Assembly: GCA_031425655.1 (NCBI GenBank)
Contig: JANPJS010000034.1
Coordinates: 9,625 to 73,624, forward strand
Direction: 5' to 3'
Source: Abditibacteriaceae bacterium
Lineage (GTDB): Bacteria; Armatimonadota; Abditibacteriia; Abditibacteriales; Abditibacteriaceae
Length of the DNA stretch: 64,000 nt
Shown: positions 34,416 to 43,754 of the stretch, in pieces
How positions within the stretch are numbered: position 1 is the stretch's first letter
How the letters are laid out: every line of letters begins with the position of its first letter
Made by a program: the position numbers and the translations under genes
Notes under the pieces: model-generated
What the model saw: the letters and a program-made list of their open reading frames with translations, nothing else
Databases searched by the model: none
Told to the model about the DNA's origin: nothing

Positions 34416-37400
34416 TTATCGGCGTGGCCCCTCAATCGCGTCTCCGATTTTGTCACGCAGCTTTAAAAGCGCGGTCGGATCGCTCTGATTTTTGCTGGAA
34501 TAACGGCCTCCGGCGTTGGGAATCGAGACTTGATTCTCCGTTTCGCGCAGCAGGGCCATCAGGAAGATTTCGCGGGCCAAAACGACGGTAATGCCGTTCT
34601 CATTCCATAACTTTTTGTGTAGCAACCGCAAATATTCGTAATCTTCGGCGCCGTCGCGCACGGCTTCGAGGCGAATGCTGGAAATCGGGCCGTCTTTACT
34701 GGGATAAGCTAAATAGCCGTCGCCATTGGGATAGCGAATGTAATATCCGGCGCTTTTTTCGCTGTCGGACTGCGAAATATAGCGGTGCCAGCCGAAACGG
34801 TGCGGGTCGAGAGTCCACCAATTGACGCCCCAGAATTCAAAGCCTTTGACGCCATATTTGAAGCAGGCCCACGACAGCAAACGCTCGGTGCCGAGATAGG
34901 GCGTGTCGAGGCATTGCTGGCCATCGGTGGTGAACCAGAACGAATCGCCCGCCTTCTTCCGCTCTTTAATATCCGCGACGGGAAACATTCCGACGTGCCC
35001 GGCGCCCCAGCGCGTGACGGCACCGTCGAGAGCTTTCATGTGCGTCCAAGTGCTGGAATAAATCGGCAGGCCGGGCACAGTTTTTTGCACGAAACGGGAG
35101 AATTTCTGCAAATTCTCCGCGACTTCGGGCGTGTCGAACGGCTCGTCGCTGAGATAAAACGTGAATTTGCTCAGCCAGCCTTTAGCGCGGACGTGATCGG
35201 CCCACAGTTTCAGCGCGCCGCCGAAAGTTTTTTCCCATTCGGGCGTGAAAGCCGTCGTGCCGAGAAATTTGCGCGGCGCATAGGCCCAGCCAAGCGCGTA
35301 GAATTGGTCGGGCGTATACATCGTGCTCATGCCGAGTTCATCGAAGCACAGCGCGGCGGCCTTGTCATAGTCGGCGAAATCGGCTTTGACTTCACCGTTT
35401 TCGAGCGTGAATTTCGGCTCCGGCAGATAGCCCGGCGAAACGTGATGCTCGGCCAAAAAGCGATACCAACTGGCTTCGCTCGGCGCTTTTGGCCCGCGTA
35501 AATCGAAGGTGATTTGCAGCGACGGCGTTTTCGGCAGCATGAAGCTACGCAGATGCACCCGCAACGGGATTTTACGGCTGCCAATCGAAATCTCGCCTTT
35601 ATAATCGCTCGTATATTCGCCATTATAAAGTCTCGGCACGGCGCTTTCCGGCGCGTGAACGATAAAATAAAGCGGCTGCGCTTCGCCGGCATTGAGTTGG
35701 ACGCTGTCGCCGTTTTTCAATGGATAAAGCGGGTCGGGCCAGTCGCCGGCCCAGCCGTCAGAGCCGGGCGTGCCCGTTGGGATTTTGCGCTCCCACGCTT
35801 TGGCTTTGTCGAGACGATAATAGTTCGTTGGATAGTCCACCGGAACATAGCCGACGCGCGCAATTTCAACCGGCAGCGTCTCGCCCGCCGCGTTTTTCAG
35901 CGGGCTAACGGCGATTTTTACGCTGCTCGGTTTGGCGCTTCGCAGAACGAGTTGCAGCGACTCGCGCTCGTTGCGCGCGAGGGAAATTTCGCACGCTTTC
36001 ACGTCCGGATGAACGGCGTCATCTTTGAAAATCTTCAACGCCGTAGACGCCTGCCAGACTCGTAATTCCGGCGCTGGATGGGGCGCAGGAGCGGACGACG
36101 CGCGCAACGGCCCGACGCTGGCGGTCAGCGTTTCCTTCAGTTGGCGCACCACGACGCCATCGTGCCAGAGCGTGCCCGTTGTGTTGGTCGTCAGGTGAAT
36201 CTCTATGAATTTGGCATCCGGCGGCGCAGTCACGATATTTTGCCGCCACGTCCAGTCGTTCGTGCCCGAAAGCGCCAGGCCGGCGCCAGTGAAGGCGTTT
36301 TCCTTGACGAGTTTCTTACCGGCACCGCGCCAGTGCGCGTTGAGTTCTGCGCCGCCGGAATCTTTAGTTCTGAGCCATGCGCCAATAAGATATTTGGCGC
36401 CCGCTTGCACCGGCGCGAATTGATGCCATCCGCTCCAATTCGCTTTGGCATCCGGCGGAATCGTCAGTTCGACGGCCCAGTTGCCGTCTTTGCCGCCGCG
36501 CACGCGCTTCGCACTTCCAACCGGCTTGCCGTCCGTCTTTTGCGCGGAGAGTGGCCAACTGTTCGGCAAGTCGCCGCCGCTTTCAAAACTGGCGTTTTGC
36601 AGACGATTAACCGGGCCTTCGGCGAGTGCGGCTTCGGCGAGCGTTGGGCTGGGGCGAAGATTTTTGTCCGATGATAGCAGAAGCTTGAAGGTTTCAACGC
36701 CGTTCAATGGAAAAAAGCTCGTTTGAAATGTAAGAATTCCTTTGTCGAGCCGGGCCGGATGTATCCAATTCCCTTCACTGACAAGCTGCCAATAAACTGG
36801 CTGCCGTAATCGGGAAATGAACAACGCGCGTTGTAAATTGGCGGTGACTAAGGTGGGAATAGCTTTGGCCTGGATGTGATAAACGGTGATTGGCACAACA
36901 AGTAATGGATTGACACGGGGCAAAAAAGCTCGTTGGTGGGCGACCGGTCTCGGTTTTAATTTAACGGTTTCTACTGCTCCAACGTCCAACTTTGCCGCGC
37001 CGTTTTCGCCGCCGCTTATTTTCAGCGACACGTCGTCGAACCACGCTTTGCCGGTTCCGTAAAGCACGGTGCCGATGTCCATCGTGGCGCCGGTTTCGGG
37101 CACGATGAAAGTCGCTATTGCTTCTTTCCAATCGAACGTGCCGTCGCCGGCTTTTATGACTTGATTGACAATCTGCGGCTTGGCGCCGTTGACATGAACG
37201 TAGAATCCGGCGCTGCCGACGACGTTTTCGCCCTTGACCCACGCGCGAAGCTCGATTTGCTGCCCCGGCGCGACGGGAAGGCCGGTTTGCGCCCATTTAA
37301 ACCATTCGGACGACGCGCCGGGTTTGGCTTCGGCATAAAGCGCCTTTTTGCCCGAACGCGCGTCGCTTTCCCAGCGCAAAAGATGCGCGTCGTCGTTACC

Positions 37401-37871
37401 TTCGGGTTTCCAGGCGAGCGGGGCACCTTCGCCGCTTTCGATTGTGCCGTTGGCAAAGCCGCCGGGCAGAAAATCGGGCACTAATCCGGCTTTTTCGTTG
37501 CCCCAGTAAATCCAGAATGCGCGCGTTTGTCCTGCGGCGAGTTCGAGCGGCAGCGTTAATTTATCGCCGTTGGCGATTTTGCCTTCGTGTCGCGGCGTGC
37601 CGTCAGCGCTCGTGAGGTTGAAAAGCAACTCTTGCTTTGCGTCGTCCAAAACGCGCACGCTGCGCGCTTCACTTCCGGCCAGAGCGAGGCTGTTTTGCCC
37701 AACAATGAGGGTTTGCGGTGCGCCGTCCAGTGGTGTCGGGCTGCTCGCCGTGATTTTCACGCGGTTGGGCCAATAGCCGCCGTTGTCGAGATAAAGCGGA
37801 TGCTGCCACGGTGCTTGTTGCGCGAAAACGGGCAGGGTGAGGCAAACGAGGAGGGCACATATCTTCTTCAT
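34416..37871 (-). CDS. large secreted protein with CBM-like modules and a DUF4091 (GH123-like) C-terminal region
   Basis: Signal peptide MKKICALLVCLTLPVFAQ. Two CBM4/9-like segments (NGTIESGEG..., NASFESGGD...). The C-terminal part (...FWFTTDGQQCLDTPYLGTERLLSWACFKYGVKGFEFWGVNWW...) resembles DUF4091. Confidence 0.65.
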   Translation of the reverse strand: MKKICALLVCLTLPVFAQQAPWQHPLYLDNGGYWPNRVKITASSPTPLDGAPQTLIVGQNSLALAGSEARSVRVLDDAKQELLFNLTSADGTPRHEGKIANGDKLTLPLELAAGQTRAFWIYWGNEKAGLVPDFLPGGFANGTIESGEGAPLAWKPEGNDDAHLLRWESDARSGKKALYAEAKPGASSEWFKWAQTGLPVAPGQQIELRAWVKGENVVGSAGFYVHVNGAKPQIVNQVIKAGDGTFDWKEAIATFIVPETGATMDIGTVLYGTGKAWFDDVSLKISGGENGAAKLDVGAVETVKLKPRPVAHQRAFLPRVNPLLVVPITVYHIQAKAIPTLVTANLQRALFISRLRQPVYWQLVSEGNWIHPARLDKGILTFQTSFFPLNGVETFKLLLSSDKNLRPSPTLAEAALAEGPVNRLQNASFESGGDLPNSWPLSAQKTDGKPVGSAKRVRGGKDGNWAVELTIPPDAKANWSGWHQFAPVQAGAKYLIGAWLRTKDSGGAELNAHWRGAGKKLVKENAFTGAGLALSGTNDWTWRQNIVTAPPDAKFIEIHLTTNTTGTLWHDGVVVRQLKETLTASVGPLRASSAPAPHPAPELRVWQASTALKIFKDDAVHPDVKACEISLARNERESLQLVLRSAKPSSVKIAVSPLKNAAGETLPVEIARVGYVPVDYPTNYYRLDKAKAWERKIPTGTPGSDGWAGDWPDPLYPLKNGDSVQLNAGEAQPLYFIVHAPESAVPRLYNGEYTSDYKGEISIGSRKIPLRVHLRSFMLPKTPSLQITFDLRGPKAPSEASWYRFLAEHHVSPGYLPEPKFTLENGEVKADFADYDKAAALCFDELGMSTMYTPDQFYALGWAYAPRKFLGTTAFTPEWEKTFGGALKLWADHVRAKGWLSKFTFYLSDEPFDTPEVAENLQKFSRFVQKTVPGLPIYSSTWTHMKALDGAVTRWGAGHVGMFPVADIKERKKAGDSFWFTTDGQQCLDTPYLGTERLLSWACFKYGVKGFEFWGVNWWTLDPHRFGWHRYISQSDSEKSAGYYIRYPNGDGYLAYPSKDGPISSIRLEAVRDGAEDYEYLRLLHKKLWNENGITVVLAREIFLMALLRETENQVSIPNAGGRYSSKNQSDPTALLKLRDKIGDAIEGPRR

Positions 37872-37898
37872 AATTCACCGCAAAGTCAGACAAAGCAA

Positions 37899-37932
37899 AA
37901 TGGAGAATTGAGCGTTTTCTCAATTCTCCATT
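37899..37932 (-). terminator. intrinsic terminator of the HD-GYP gene
   Basis: aatggagaattgag cgtttt ctcaattctccatt. On the minus strand it is followed by ttttgctttg. Confidence 0.7.
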
Positions 37933-37949
37933 CGCAATTCCAAATTCTA

Positions 37950-38555
37950 TTAAACCGGCACGAAATCCGACTGCGGAGCCGAAAGCTTACTCACCATATC
38001 TACAATTTCGACTTGCCACCAGCCTTTGCCGACTTCTTTTTGCAAGATTTGCATAGCGTCCTCATGTGCGAAAGCGGTGCGATAAGCGCGGTCGCAGCGC
38101 AGCGTGTCGTAAACGTCTACGACCGAAAGGATGCGCATGGCCGGCGTAATGGCATCGCCGCGCAGGCCGTCGGGATAGCCGGAGCCGTTGAGTTTTTCAT
38201 GGTGGCTGCGCATCAAGGGCAGAGCGCCGGCCAGTGACGCGAGTGGCTTGCAAATCTGCACGCTGATGAGCGGATGCATCTTGGTTTCCTCGAATTCCCA
38301 TTCGCTCAGGCCCGCAGGCTTGAGCAAAATCGAGTCGGGAATGCCGATATTGCCGATGTCGTGCAAAAGCGCGCCGTATTTCAGATTAAATAGTTCCGTC
38401 TCATCCAGTCCGAGTTTCACGCCGATTTCGAGGCAATAACGAGCCACGCGCTCTGAATGCTGGCGAATGCGGAAGTCTTTGGCTTCCGCCGCTGTGAGAA
38501 GCGCTCGTGCGATGTGTTCTACGGGATCGTTTGAGGATAATTCTAAATTATTCAT
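37950..38555 (-). CDS. stand-alone HD-GYP domain protein (putative c-di-GMP phosphodiesterase)
   Basis: HSERV...LHDIGNIGIPDSIL...HHEKLNGSGYPDGL carries the HD and GYP signatures. Confidence 0.8.
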   Translation of the reverse strand: MNNLELSSNDPVEHIARALLTAAEAKDFRIRQHSERVARYCLEIGVKLGLDETELFNLKYGALLHDIGNIGIPDSILLKPAGLSEWEFEETKMHPLISVQICKPLASLAGALPLMRSHHEKLNGSGYPDGLRGDAITPAMRILSVVDVYDTLRCDRAYRTAFAHEDAMQILQKEVGKGWWQVEIVDMVSKLSAPQSDFVPV

Positions 38556-38683
38556 GCTGATCTTTTTATCTCATCTTACGCGGAGGAACCTTTGCGGGGC
38601 GCAAAAGCAACTGCGCTCAGAATGACAACGCTTCTTTAATTGCTTTGCCTCGAAACGTTGTCCTTGTAAGGTGAGTTTCTATT

Positions 38684-39367
38684 TCAATACGCACTTTGCC
38701 CGGCAGCGCCATCTCCGGAATCATGCGGTTCCGTTACGGCGGGTGCATCCGTGATTTGCTGCGGTGGCAGTGGCGCGAACGGTGGCCGCTTGCCGTCCAT
38801 GTTCATTGGCCCGGACAGGCCCAGAGCCTCGTGCGCGGCGCGCGGCGCGTTCGGCCCGACGGCGGGCAAAAACGTCTGTTTGGGTTGCTTGCCGCCAAAC
38901 GTCATCGCCACTTCGTCACACGCAACCATGAATTTCGGGCAGTTCGTGCATTCGCTCCACACGCGCTGCGGCAACAAGCGCATATCAATCGGCACGAAAT
39001 CAAGTTTGGCGAAAAACTCCATTTTATTAGTCAGCGTGAACACGCATTCGATGCCCAGAGGCTCGGCTTCGGCCAGCGCCGCATCCACCAATTTGCGGCC
39101 CCAGCCGTGTCCCTGCACTGCATCGCAGACCGCCAGCGCTTTCAATTCCGCCAGCCCGTCCCACGCCGAATGCAGCGCGCAGCAGCCGGCGACTTTGTCC
39201 GCTTCGTCCGCCAGCACCGTGTAATCGCGGATGTTTTCGTAAAGCTCGGTCAAGCTGCGCGGCAGCATATGACCGTGCTTGTAATCTTTGTCGGTGCGCG
39301 CCGCCATTTCATTAATAAGCGCGCGAATTTGCGGCACGTCATCGTTGCGCGCCTTGCGGAGTTTCAT
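38684..39367 (-). CDS. GNAT-family N-acetyltransferase with disordered C-terminal tail
   Basis: Acetyl-CoA motif LAVCDAVQGHGWGRKLVDAAL. The overall layout resembles short N-acetylglutamate-synthase-like GNATs. Confidence 0.7.
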   Translation of the reverse strand: MKLRKARNDDVPQIRALINEMAARTDKDYKHGHMLPRSLTELYENIRDYTVLADEADKVAGCCALHSAWDGLAELKALAVCDAVQGHGWGRKLVDAALAEAEPLGIECVFTLTNKMEFFAKLDFVPIDMRLLPQRVWSECTNCPKFMVACDEVAMTFGGKQPKQTFLPAVGPNAPRAAHEALGLSGPMNMDGKRPPFAPLPPQQITDAPAVTEPHDSGDGAAGQSAY

Positions 39368-39382
39368 GAGGTTCTACCACAG

Positions 39383-39454
39383 ATTTCACCACAAAGACAC
39401 GAAGACACAAAGAGCTTTCAGTTTCTTTGTGTCTTCGTGTCTTTGTGGTGAAAT
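39383..39454. repeat. long hairpin element (CAAAG-word subfamily)
   Basis: Perfect 31-bp arms atttcaccacaaagacacgaagacacaaaga (39383-39413) and tctttgtgtcttcgtgtctttgtggtgaaat (39424-39454). It abuts the Uma2 stop codon at 39455. Confidence 0.9.
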
Positions 39455-40021
39455 TCACTCGAAAATTTCTTTTATCGGCAACTCGAATCCCGGCAAAATT
39501 TCGCCGCCGGGCACGATGTCGCCTTCGATGTAAGTGACGGGCGCGCCGTCGGAGCGCCGAACGATCAGTGCGCGGCGTTGCGGTTCGACCAACCAAACGG
39601 CTTTGGTGCCCGCTTCCAAATACAATCGCACTTTGTCTTCAATCTCAAACCACAAATCGCCCGGCGAAACGACTTCGACGGCCAAAGTCGGCGGGCCATC
39701 AATAAAGCTTTCGGTGCGCTGACCAACCAACCGCGCCGATTCTAAAAAAGACACATCCGGCCCGCGCACTAAATCGGGATTATGAAACAAGCGATAACCC
39801 GCTTCTACACTGACTCGTCCCAAGCCGTGCTTGCGAACAAAGGCCAACAAATGCGAAAAAATAATGCCCGCGTATTCTCCGTGATCAAAGCCAACCGGCA
39901 TAAGGTGCACCACTTTTCCTGCGATTAATTCCGTGTGTTTCGGTGGGCCGGAAGCGAAATACTCTTCGGCTGTCAGCAGTTTGTCCGCGATGTTTGGTGC
40001 CTCTAAAAGCGCGTTTGCCAT
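39455..40021 (-). CDS. Uma2-family (DUF820) endonuclease
   Basis: TAEEYF...ELIAGKVV.MPVG..H...PDVSF...PTLAVEVVSPGD...DKVRLYLEAGTKAVWLVEP matches the Uma2/PD-(D/E)xK pattern. Confidence 0.75.
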   Translation of the reverse strand: MANALLEAPNIADKLLTAEEYFASGPPKHTELIAGKVVHLMPVGFDHGEYAGIIFSHLLAFVRKHGLGRVSVEAGYRLFHNPDLVRGPDVSFLESARLVGQRTESFIDGPPTLAVEVVSPGDLWFEIEDKVRLYLEAGTKAVWLVEPQRRALIVRRSDGAPVTYIEGDIVPGGEILPGFELPIKEIFE

Positions 40022-40036
40022 GAGTCTTCACCTTGC

Positions 40037-41140
40037 TTAATCTTCAGCGTTCGCGGGTTCGTTAGCCAAATCGGCGTTGATAACGCTCATCAGCGCGTCC
40101 ATTTGGTCGGCGGGTTTGGCCCGCGCGACGATTTCGCCCTTGCGGAAAATTAGGCTGATGCCGTTGCCGCCCGCGATGCCATAATCGGCGCTTTTGGCTT
40201 CACCCGGCCCGTTGACCTCGCAGCCCATCACGGCCACGGAAATCGGCTTGCGAATCGTGCTAACCGCATCGGCGACTTGCCCGGCCAAAGGCACCACGTC
40301 AATATCGCAGCGACCGCAACTGGGGCAGGAAATCACGTTCACGCCGCGCCGACGCAATTCAAGGCCCGCTAAAATGTCCCAGCCGACTTTCACTTCGTCG
40401 TCGCAAATTCCCGTCAGGCTGACGCGCAGCGTGTCGCCGATGCCGTCGTGCAAGAGCATTCCCATGCCCATCGCCGATTTCACGGTGCCAACGCGCGTCA
40501 AACCGGCTTCGGTCACGCCCAAGTGCAGCGGATAATCGCCTAATTCTTCGTTGGCGAGGCGATAAGCGGCGACCGTCGTGCGCACATCGCTGGCTTTGAG
40601 CGAAATGATGACATCGCCGAAATCTTCTTTGTCGAAGTAACTGAGTTCGCGCTTGGCCGACTCGATCAGGGCGCGCGGCGTCATGCCCCATTTGGCCTTG
40701 ATGTCGGGATCGAGCGAGCCGGCGTTGACGCCAATGCGAATCGGCACCCCCCGCTCTTTGGCGGCGCGCACGATGTCGCGGATTTTGCCTTCGTTGCGAA
40801 TGTTGCCGGGATTCAAGCGCAGCTTGTCCACGCCTTGCTCCAGCGCGATCATGGCGAATTTGGCGTTGAAATGGATGTCGGCGACGAGCGGAATCTGGAT
40901 ATTGAGGCGAATCCAGCCCAGCGATTTGGCGGAGGCTTCGTCCGGGACGGCCACGCGCACCAAATCGGCGCCGGCCTGCTGCGCTTGATGAATCTGCTCG
41001 ATAGTGGCTTTGGTGTCGTCGGTTTTGGTTTTGGTCATCGTTTGCACGGCGATGGGAGCATCGCCGCCGATGAAAATGTTGCCGACTTTGACTTTGCGCG
41101 TTTTGCGCCGTTGGATGGGAAGAACTTCGTCGAATTTCAT
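40037..41140 (-). CDS. ispG: 4-hydroxy-3-methylbut-2-en-1-yl diphosphate synthase
   Basis: RRKTRKVKVGNIFIGGDAPIAVQTMTKT, NPGNI and the C-terminal Fe-S cysteines (ISCPSCGRC ... VMGCEVNGPGE). Confidence 0.9.
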   Translation of the reverse strand: MKFDEVLPIQRRKTRKVKVGNIFIGGDAPIAVQTMTKTKTDDTKATIEQIHQAQQAGADLVRVAVPDEASAKSLGWIRLNIQIPLVADIHFNAKFAMIALEQGVDKLRLNPGNIRNEGKIRDIVRAAKERGVPIRIGVNAGSLDPDIKAKWGMTPRALIESAKRELSYFDKEDFGDVIISLKASDVRTTVAAYRLANEELGDYPLHLGVTEAGLTRVGTVKSAMGMGMLLHDGIGDTLRVSLTGICDDEVKVGWDILAGLELRRRGVNVISCPSCGRCDIDVVPLAGQVADAVSTIRKPISVAVMGCEVNGPGEAKSADYGIAGGNGISLIFRKGEIVARAKPADQMDALMSVINADLANEPANAED

Positions 41141-41162
41141 GGTAAGTCCAAAAGGAATTTTG

Positions 41163-41228
41163 AATGTCGAACAAGGAATTTTGAAGGCTGAACGATTCTT
41201 CGACCTTCAAAATTCCTTGCTCGACATT
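41163..41228. repeat. intercistronic hairpin (GGAATTTTGAA-word type) between rseP and ispG
   Basis: aatgtcgaacaaggaattttgaagg (41163-41187) pairs with ccttcaaaattccttgctcgacatt (41204-41228) with one mismatch. That mismatch becomes a G.U pair only in the minus-strand (operon) transcript. Confidence 0.85.
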
Positions 41229-41241
41229 CGATATTTTAAGG

Positions 41242-42552
41242 CTATCCGCGAATCATGGGTAGCACGTCGTGGATGGTAATCAGCAGCATGAAAGTTAAAA
41301 GCAGCACGATGCCGACCATGTGAACCAGACCTTCTTTTCGCGGATCGAAAGGCCGGCGCATGACCAATTCGTAACCGAGAAACAAGATGCGCCCGCCGTC
41401 TAAGGCCGGCAGCGGCAGCAAGTTCATCAAGCCGAGGTTCACACTGAGGGCTGCGGCCAGCAAAATCGTTTCCTGCCATGATTTCTCCGCAGTGTGTCCG
41501 ATGGTCTGCGCGATTTTCACCGGGCCGCCGATATTGCGCTTGTCGTCGGGCGTGAGACGCAGAGTTATCACACGGCGCAATAAGCCGAAAATGCGCTCCG
41601 CTAAACCGTAAGAACCGCGCAAACCGTAGCCGATGGCGCTGTCCCAAAAGCCTTCTTCGCCGCGCAATAGTCCGACGCGATGATACTCGGTGACTCGCGT
41701 GAACATCACGCCGATGACCGGCGCTTTTTTGGTGGTTACACCGTCTGGTTGAAGTTCATCTTCAATGCGCGGGGTCAGCGAACTTTTAATTTCCTGTCCG
41801 TTGCGGTCAATGACAATATCAACAGGCTTTCCGTTGCCGGAGCGGATCATATCGCGCAATTTGCCGGTGTCGTTGCTGCGCACGCCGCCGACGGCTAACA
41901 AGCGGTCACCGGCTTGAATTCCGGCTTTAGCGGCGGGCATTCCGGGATAAACCATATCAACGCGGTTGTTCACGCTTTTGTCGTCGGGGACACCGATGAG
42001 CGTAAACACTAAGGCGAACACGGTGAGGGCGAAGATGAAATTCATCATTGGCCCGGCAAAAAGAGTCCAAAAACGCCAGCCCAGCGAAGCGTCCTGAAAC
42101 TGCTTTTGACCAAACGGCGTATCGGGTCGGGCCGTGCGCGTGGCATCGGCAACCGTTTCGCCCCGGCCTGTGGCGACCATTTCTTCCTCGCTGCCCAATC
42201 CGGCAATGTCTACCATGCCGCCAATCGGTAAAGCGCCGAGCGAGTAGTCAATGTTGTTGACGCGCTTGGTGTAAATCCACGGCGGGAAGCCGAGGGCGAA
42301 GCGATTCACTTTCATGCCGCCCCAGCGCGCGAACTGATAATGGCCCCATTCGTGGACGAAAACCAAAATGCTCAGCGTGATGATGAAAATGACGCCAGCG
42401 CGCAGCACATGAGGCTGTTTGACGGCGAGAAACGCTAAAACCGCCACGCCGATGATGATTTGGAGTGCCGTCGTGCTTTTAGAAGCCGGGTCGGGTTGAA
42501 CGCTTTGCGGAGCGCCGGGCGGATTGGGTGACAACTGTTGAGGATCGTTCAT
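41242..42552 (-). CDS. rseP: RIP metalloprotease RseP (M50 site-2 protease)
   Basis: HEWGHYQFARWGGM (HExxH), a PDZ-like middle and a C-terminal NLLPLPALDGG motif. Confidence 0.9.
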   Translation of the reverse strand: MNDPQQLSPNPPGAPQSVQPDPASKSTTALQIIIGVAVLAFLAVKQPHVLRAGVIFIITLSILVFVHEWGHYQFARWGGMKVNRFALGFPPWIYTKRVNNIDYSLGALPIGGMVDIAGLGSEEEMVATGRGETVADATRTARPDTPFGQKQFQDASLGWRFWTLFAGPMMNFIFALTVFALVFTLIGVPDDKSVNNRVDMVYPGMPAAKAGIQAGDRLLAVGGVRSNDTGKLRDMIRSGNGKPVDIVIDRNGQEIKSSLTPRIEDELQPDGVTTKKAPVIGVMFTRVTEYHRVGLLRGEEGFWDSAIGYGLRGSYGLAERIFGLLRRVITLRLTPDDKRNIGGPVKIAQTIGHTAEKSWQETILLAAALSVNLGLMNLLPLPALDGGRILFLGYELVMRRPFDPRKEGLVHMVGIVLLLTFMLLITIHDVLPMIRG

Positions 42553-42576
42553 GGCAAAAAGGGCTGATTCACAATT

Positions 42577-43740
42577 TTATAAGGCAATTTGCAGAAATTC
42601 GCGGGAGGCTCGACGCGCCCACTCATCGGCGGCGAAAACGTCCGGCAGTGCGGGACGTGCGACGACTTGGTGTCGTTCCAGCACGCTCTCGATGCACGCC
42701 GTGATGCCGTAAAACGTGGTCGCGCCATCAAGGTAGGCTTGCACCGCGATTTCGTTGGCCCCGTTCAGCACTGCGGGAGCCGTGCCGCCTAAGCGCATGG
42801 CGGCGCGGGCCAACTCTAAGGCCGGAAAGCGCGCCAAGTCCGGCGCTTCAAAAGTTAACGGCCCCATCGTGGTTAAATTGAGCGGCGGCGACCCGCCGGG
42901 CACGCGGTCGGGGAAAAGCAGCGCCCATTGAATCGGCAGGCGCATATCCGGCACGCCGAGTTGCGCTTTCACGCTGTTGTCGGCGAAAGTCACGAACGAA
43001 TGCACGATGCTCTGGCGATGCACGACGACATCAATGTCGTCCATCGGCACATCGAAAAGCCAGTGCGCTTCGATCATTTCGAGGCCTTTGTTCATCAAAG
43101 TGGCCGAGTCAATGGTGATTTTGCGGCCCATCTCCCACGTCGGATGCTTGAGCGCCGCCGTTACGGGCGCGGCTGCGATTTCCTCGCGCGATTTATCCAC
43201 GAACGGCCCGCCGGAGGCCGTAATCGTGATGCGCGCGGCGCTGCTCTGCGCTTCTCCGAGCAGGCATTGGGCAATCGCCGAATGCTCGCTGTCCACGGGC
43301 AACAAGTCCACGCCGTGTTTGCGCGCCGCTGTCGTCACCATTTCGCCTGCCGCGACGAGAGTTTCTTTGTTGGCGATGGCGATTTGTTTTCCCGATTCGA
43401 TGGCCGTTAATGTTGGGCCAAGTCCCGCTGCACCGAGCATCGCACCGAGCATCAGCGTGGCTTCGGGATGCGCCGCGACTTCGGCCACGCCGCCGCTTCC
43501 GCCCACGATGCGCGTCGGGCCGCTTATCATTTCGCGCAGGCGTTGGGCCGCGTTTTCATCGGCTAACGCGGCGATTTTCGGTTGCCATTCCGCGACTTGC
43601 TGGGCGAACAGTTCGAGATTGGAGCCGGCGGCGAGTCCGACGACGCGCAGGCGATGCGGCAACGCCCGCGCCACTTCGAGCGCCTGACGCCCGATGCTGC
43701 CGGTGCTGCCGAGAATAACGATGGATTTTGGCTCGCTCAT
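42577..43740 (-). CDS. dxr: 1-deoxy-D-xylulose 5-phosphate reductoisomerase
   Basis: IVILGSTGSIGRQALEV, LLPVDSEHSAI and NKGLEMIEAHWLF. Confidence 0.9.
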   Translation of the reverse strand: MSEPKSIVILGSTGSIGRQALEVARALPHRLRVVGLAAGSNLELFAQQVAEWQPKIAALADENAAQRLREMISGPTRIVGGSGGVAEVAAHPEATLMLGAMLGAAGLGPTLTAIESGKQIAIANKETLVAAGEMVTTAARKHGVDLLPVDSEHSAIAQCLLGEAQSSAARITITASGGPFVDKSREEIAAAPVTAALKHPTWEMGRKITIDSATLMNKGLEMIEAHWLFDVPMDDIDVVVHRQSIVHSFVTFADNSVKAQLGVPDMRLPIQWALLFPDRVPGGSPPLNLTTMGPLTFEAPDLARFPALELARAAMRLGGTAPAVLNGANEIAVQAYLDGATTFYGITACIESVLERHQVVARPALPDVFAADEWARRASREFLQIAL

Positions 43741-43754
43741 GCGCGGAAATGGGC

